This document shows positions 29,003 to 32,000 of a stretch of 32,000 bases of DNA, in pieces. The notes below the pieces were generated by a model. That model was not told where the DNA came from, searched no databases, and was given only the letters and a program-made list of their open reading frames with translations. A program made the translations under genes and the position numbers. The DNA is from Vibrio vulnificus CMCP6 (lineage in GTDB: Bacteria; Pseudomonadota; Gammaproteobacteria; Enterobacterales; Vibrionaceae), in the NCBI RefSeq assembly GCF_000039765.1, contig NC_004459.3, forward strand, positions 330,001 to 362,000, written 5' to 3'. How positions within the stretch are numbered: position 1 is the stretch's first letter; each line of letters begins with the position of its first letter.

Positions 29003-29755
29003 ATGAACTTATCATTAAAAGAAGAATTAAATAACACAATAAGAGAAATAGTAATCGAAACTAAAAGAGAAAATAAAGATAAACTAAGAGCGCTTATTGA
29101 GAAAACAGATTACAGCTTAGAAGAATTACAAGTTGTTGTACCTTCCCTACTTCCGCAATTTTCAAGCACATCTAAAATTACGCTAAGTTCTCATGCGCGT
29201 TTTTGTAATTGCATTGTAAAAAGTATTTACGCTAAAAATAATGCAGATAGCTTTAACGATGATGTTGTTACTGAATCACTTCGCATCCTGGACGCTGTAG
29301 AAAACGGCTTTAAAGAAGAGCGTAAAAAAACTAAAGACTTATACAATATTGCATTAAAAACACACATAACTGTAGAGCAGTACAAACGTTTCATAACCAG
29401 CAAGAAAAGTCACAACTATCGCTCTAACGCTGCTTTTCTTAGAGATGTAGCCTTGAACCAAGTCGAACCACGTCCGAACAATGACGAAGATTATTTGAAG
29501 TACTTTAAAGAAACCAAAGAGCTATCAAAATCACTTCAGGTGCTTGCAGAAGACATTGAAGATGCTGACAGCGCTAAGATAGCTAAACTAAGCAAATGCA
29601 TTAAAGAACTTAAGGAAAGCATTGATACTACGCGCAAGCTAGCAATAGACTCTCATTCATCAGCAACAGCTAAAGTACTAGCTTTAAAATACTTATCTTC
29701 GCGTCAATTGGATGAGCTATGCAAACAAAAGATACTAGAAGAAGCTGAATTATAA
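29003..29755 (+). CDS. Uncharacterised 250-aa coiled-coil-rich protein immediately upstream of the relaxase; possible accessory mobilization protein
   Basis: Lys/Glu-rich helical sequence; same strand and adjacent to the relaxase gene; no family recognised with confidence. Confidence 0.5.
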   Translation: MNLSLKEELNNTIREIVIETKRENKDKLRALIEKTDYSLEELQVVVPSLLPQFSSTSKITLSSHARFCNCIVKSIYAKNNADSFNDDVVTESLRILDAVENGFKEERKKTKDLYNIALKTHITVEQYKRFITSKKSHNYRSNAAFLRDVALNQVEPRPNNDEDYLKYFKETKELSKSLQVLAEDIEDADSAKIAKLSKCIKELKESIDTTRKLAIDSHSSATAKVLALKYLSSRQLDELCKQKILEEAEL

Positions 29756-29765
29756 AGCCTGAATT

Positions 29766-29787
29766 CCCTCCTTAAATATAAGGAGGG
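29766..29787. repeat. Hairpin CCCTCCTTA-AATA-TAAGGAGGG between the 250-aa ORF and relaxase gene
   Basis: Perfect 9-bp stem, no clear T-tract. Confidence 0.55.
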
Positions 29788-29842
29788 CTTATCTACATTA
29801 CTTATTACTTTCTCACTCACAATAATAATAAAGAGACAATAG

Positions 29843-31348
29843 ATGGTATTTACAGAATTAGAATGCACAAGAAGTCAACAGACAGCCAGGGACGCACAGA
29901 ACCTTATAGAGTACGGCGCTAAACAAAAAGATGCAGATAACCTCGTAAAATACGGTGCAGGTAAAACAAAACATGCTCCAGCATCAGAAGGTCACTCATT
30001 CTTCATCTGCGCTAACGAAATAGAGTCCATCCCAGTCAGCATGGGCGAACTGGCTACTGGCGCTGACTGGCACGATGCTATCACTGAGCTTCAAAGCTCA
30101 TACAGACATAATCCACACGTCAAACACCCCTTCCGACATTTCGTCATCTCTATAGACGAAGGAGAGCGACTTACAGACAAGCAATGGCGTAGAACAGTTA
30201 GAAAGACTATGAATCGTCTTGGTTACAAAAACGCACGCTACATCGCATTTAGACACGAAGATACTGATTCTCAGCACGTACACATAACAGTATCAACACA
30301 AGACTTGGAAACAAACAAAGTCATCAGCAACTGGATGTCTGTTGAAGCTGCACAAGAAATCATGCGCGAACAAGAAAAAGAGTTTGGATTAAGACAGCTA
30401 GAAAACTCATCAGAGATATTAGCTAAAGGCGAAGCAGTCGTTTCGGACAAGTACTCTCACTCAGTCAAGTTAATGATGAGACGGCTAATCGGATCAAGTA
30501 TTAAAGAGCTACCGATGCTAGTGCAAGCCAGGGCAAATAATCTAACAAAACTAGGTGTAAATGATGAGCACACTAGTAAAGCGAGCTTGGCTCTTTATCA
30601 AATAGCACTGCTAAGGAACGGCGTTGAGATAATACTTAAAGAAGACAGAAACAACGAAAAATTTATCGGTCTTGTTTACAAATACAATGACTTCATCATA
30701 CCCGCCTCAAAACTCAGGAGCGGTAACAAATTCACGCTCGGCGGTTTAATCAAATCTGGTGTTCTAGCAAGTGATGCAAACATGATAAGTAGTTATGACG
30801 AGTCACAAGTTGAAAATTACGAAATTAGAGAAATGTTTGAATCGCAGAAAGATTTTGCAGAGCAAAGATTTGAAACAGTAAGAAAAGACGCTGAAGCACA
30901 TGCTGATAAAGTAAAGAAGCAAGCTGAAGAGTGGGATAAGCACATGTTTAACTGCTTCATTATCTCGTGTAGAAAGCAGCACCAAAAAGCGATGGAAGAT
31001 GCTATCGACTTTTGGCTCTATCATGGCAAGCGCATCAACAAACGCGACAAAGCTTTCGTTCACGCAATTTACGAACAAGAAAAAGGCATTTACTCAGCAT
31101 CTAAGACGCTAAGTAAATTCTTCTATCACCTGCTTCTAATCTTGTTCGAACTGAACAAGAAAAATCACTGGGAATTGAAAATCACCCCTGTCGCGACACA
31201 TGAAGATCAAGAGCTAGCAATTAACCAAGCTATTGAAAACATAGAAAAAGCGTATGAAAACGAAGGTATCTTTGCTGACAATAAAAAGCAGAATAGAAGA
31301 CATAACACTAGGAATAAATCAAAAGATATCGCTGAAAACACATATTAA
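29843..31348 (+). CDS. Relaxase/mobilization nuclease-like protein (MOBP-type signature)
   Basis: HPFRHFVISIDEGERLTDKQWRRTVRKTMNRLGYKNARYIAFRHEDTDSQHVHITVS contains the HxDTDxxHxHI metal-binding motif III of relaxases. Confidence 0.8.
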   Translation: MVFTELECTRSQQTARDAQNLIEYGAKQKDADNLVKYGAGKTKHAPASEGHSFFICANEIESIPVSMGELATGADWHDAITELQSSYRHNPHVKHPFRHFVISIDEGERLTDKQWRRTVRKTMNRLGYKNARYIAFRHEDTDSQHVHITVSTQDLETNKVISNWMSVEAAQEIMREQEKEFGLRQLENSSEILAKGEAVVSDKYSHSVKLMMRRLIGSSIKELPMLVQARANNLTKLGVNDEHTSKASLALYQIALLRNGVEIILKEDRNNEKFIGLVYKYNDFIIPASKLRSGNKFTLGGLIKSGVLASDANMISSYDESQVENYEIREMFESQKDFAEQRFETVRKDAEAHADKVKKQAEEWDKHMFNCFIISCRKQHQKAMEDAIDFWLYHGKRINKRDKAFVHAIYEQEKGIYSASKTLSKFFYHLLLILFELNKKNHWELKITPVATHEDQELAINQAIENIEKAYENEGIFADNKKQNRRHNTRNKSKDIAENTY

Positions 31349-31357
31349 TTTAAAAAA

Positions 31358-31379
31358 AGAGGGCTGAAGCTCTCTTTTT
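31358..31379 (+). terminator. Hairpin AGAGGGCT-GA-AGCTCTCT followed by TTTTTA
   Basis: Stem (one G-U pair) plus T-tract downstream of the relaxase gene. Confidence 0.7.
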
Positions 31380-31535
31380 ATTTTAATAATACAAACAACA
31401 AATAGCTTATTATTTAAAACCACCAAGCTAAATAGTAATTTTAATATAAATACTTGCATTATAATTGATATTATAAATTTAAATGCTACAATTAAAACAC
31501 AATAATAATAAATATAATATTAAAGAGATAATAAT

Positions 31536-32000
31536 ATGAGCATTTTTAAAAAAATAAATAATGAGTTAACTTATAACGTTACAGTCACACCTAAACAAAA
31601 GAAATCTCCCCTTCCTCGATTTCAGAAAAACAAAAGCGGCAAGATGCTTTACATCATTGTCCGAGACCCTGAGTCGACAAACTCAAGTGGCAACGCAACG
31701 CATGTAACATTAATAAAGCTACCAATAACAGCTCCTGCATGTCCTCGCTCAATAAAAGACTTAATTGCAAAGTTCGGTACTGAAGAAGCTAAATCTGGAA
31801 AGTACGAAATCACGGAGCACAACTTTGAAGAAATCATGTCTCACTTTAAACCAGCTAATGCGCTATACAAGAAGTACAGAAAAGAAGAACTGCATGAAAA
31901 GCAAAGTGTTGTTATCAATGAAGATAAACACTCTCTTTGTGCAATAGCTGCGAAACTGCATGAAGCTGTAGAGATGTTTGACGAGCTAGAAAGTGAGGAT
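31536..32000 (+). CDS. Uncharacterised protein, at least 155 aa, truncated by window end
   Basis: Open frame from ATG 31536 to window end (MSIFKKINNELTYNVTVTPKQKKSPLPRFQKNKSGKMLYIIVRDPESTNSSGNATHVTLIKLPITAPACPRSIKDLIAKFG...); absent from the supplied track because no stop is reached. Confidence 0.6.
   Translation, partial: MSIFKKINNELTYNVTVTPKQKKSPLPRFQKNKSGKMLYIIVRDPESTNSSGNATHVTLIKLPITAPACPRSIKDLIAKFGTEEAKSGKYEITEHNFEEIMSHFKPANALYKKYRKEELHEKQSVVINEDKHSLCAIAAKLHEAVEMFDELESED

Larger units (their letters stand above)
25131..32000. mobile_element. Left end of a putative integrative mobilizable element whose junction is in or next to the ssrA 3' end (real left boundary near 25480-25500); right end outside window
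   Basis: Integrase directly downstream of tmRNA, AlpA-like regulator, H-NS-like gene, relaxase-like gene and a strong drop in GC content. Confidence 0.8.

Noticed and set aside
30098-31078. Minus-strand ORFs inside the relaxase gene
   Set aside because: Antisense to a gene with a clear relaxase motif; no domain signal.
31380-31535. AT-only runs (AATAATAATAAATA...) before the last ORF considered as repeats or an origin
   Set aside because: Simple low-complexity AT-rich intergenic DNA; no unit long or regular enough to support a claim.

Overview
The window is mostly a Vibrio-type chromosomal backbone, followed from about 25.5 kb by the left end of a putative integrative mobilizable element in the 3' end of ssrA (tmRNA). 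Backbone: mltF (partial), tadA, a LysR regulator divergent from the formaldehyde-detoxification pair frmA/fghA, an AbgT transporter, a minor type IV pilin cluster (pilV/pilX/pilW/fimT-like, with a divergent pilE-like gene), dnaJ-dnaK with two sigma32-like promoters, an AztB/AztC/AztD-like zinc locus with a Zur-box-like palindrome, a cation symporter, grpE, nadK, recN with LexA boxes, bamE, rnfH, ratA, smpB and ssrA. Element: tyrosine integrase, AlpA-like regulator, H-NS-like protein, an uncharacterised 250-aa protein, a relaxase-like protein and a truncated unknown ORF running off the window. Points most worth a second look: (1) the relaxase-containing element, with large inverted repeats and 33-34 bp repeats in its non-coding DNA; (2) three apparent indels within about 50 bp of the aztD-like gene, in a zinc locus lacking an adjacent ATPase gene; (3) a 45-aa arginine/lysine-rich small ORF with a strong Shine-Dalgarno between mltF and tadA, absent from the ORF track; (4) a long palindrome overlapping the likely ssrA promoter. 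No CRISPR array was seen. All family assignments come from reading the protein sequences, not from database searches.
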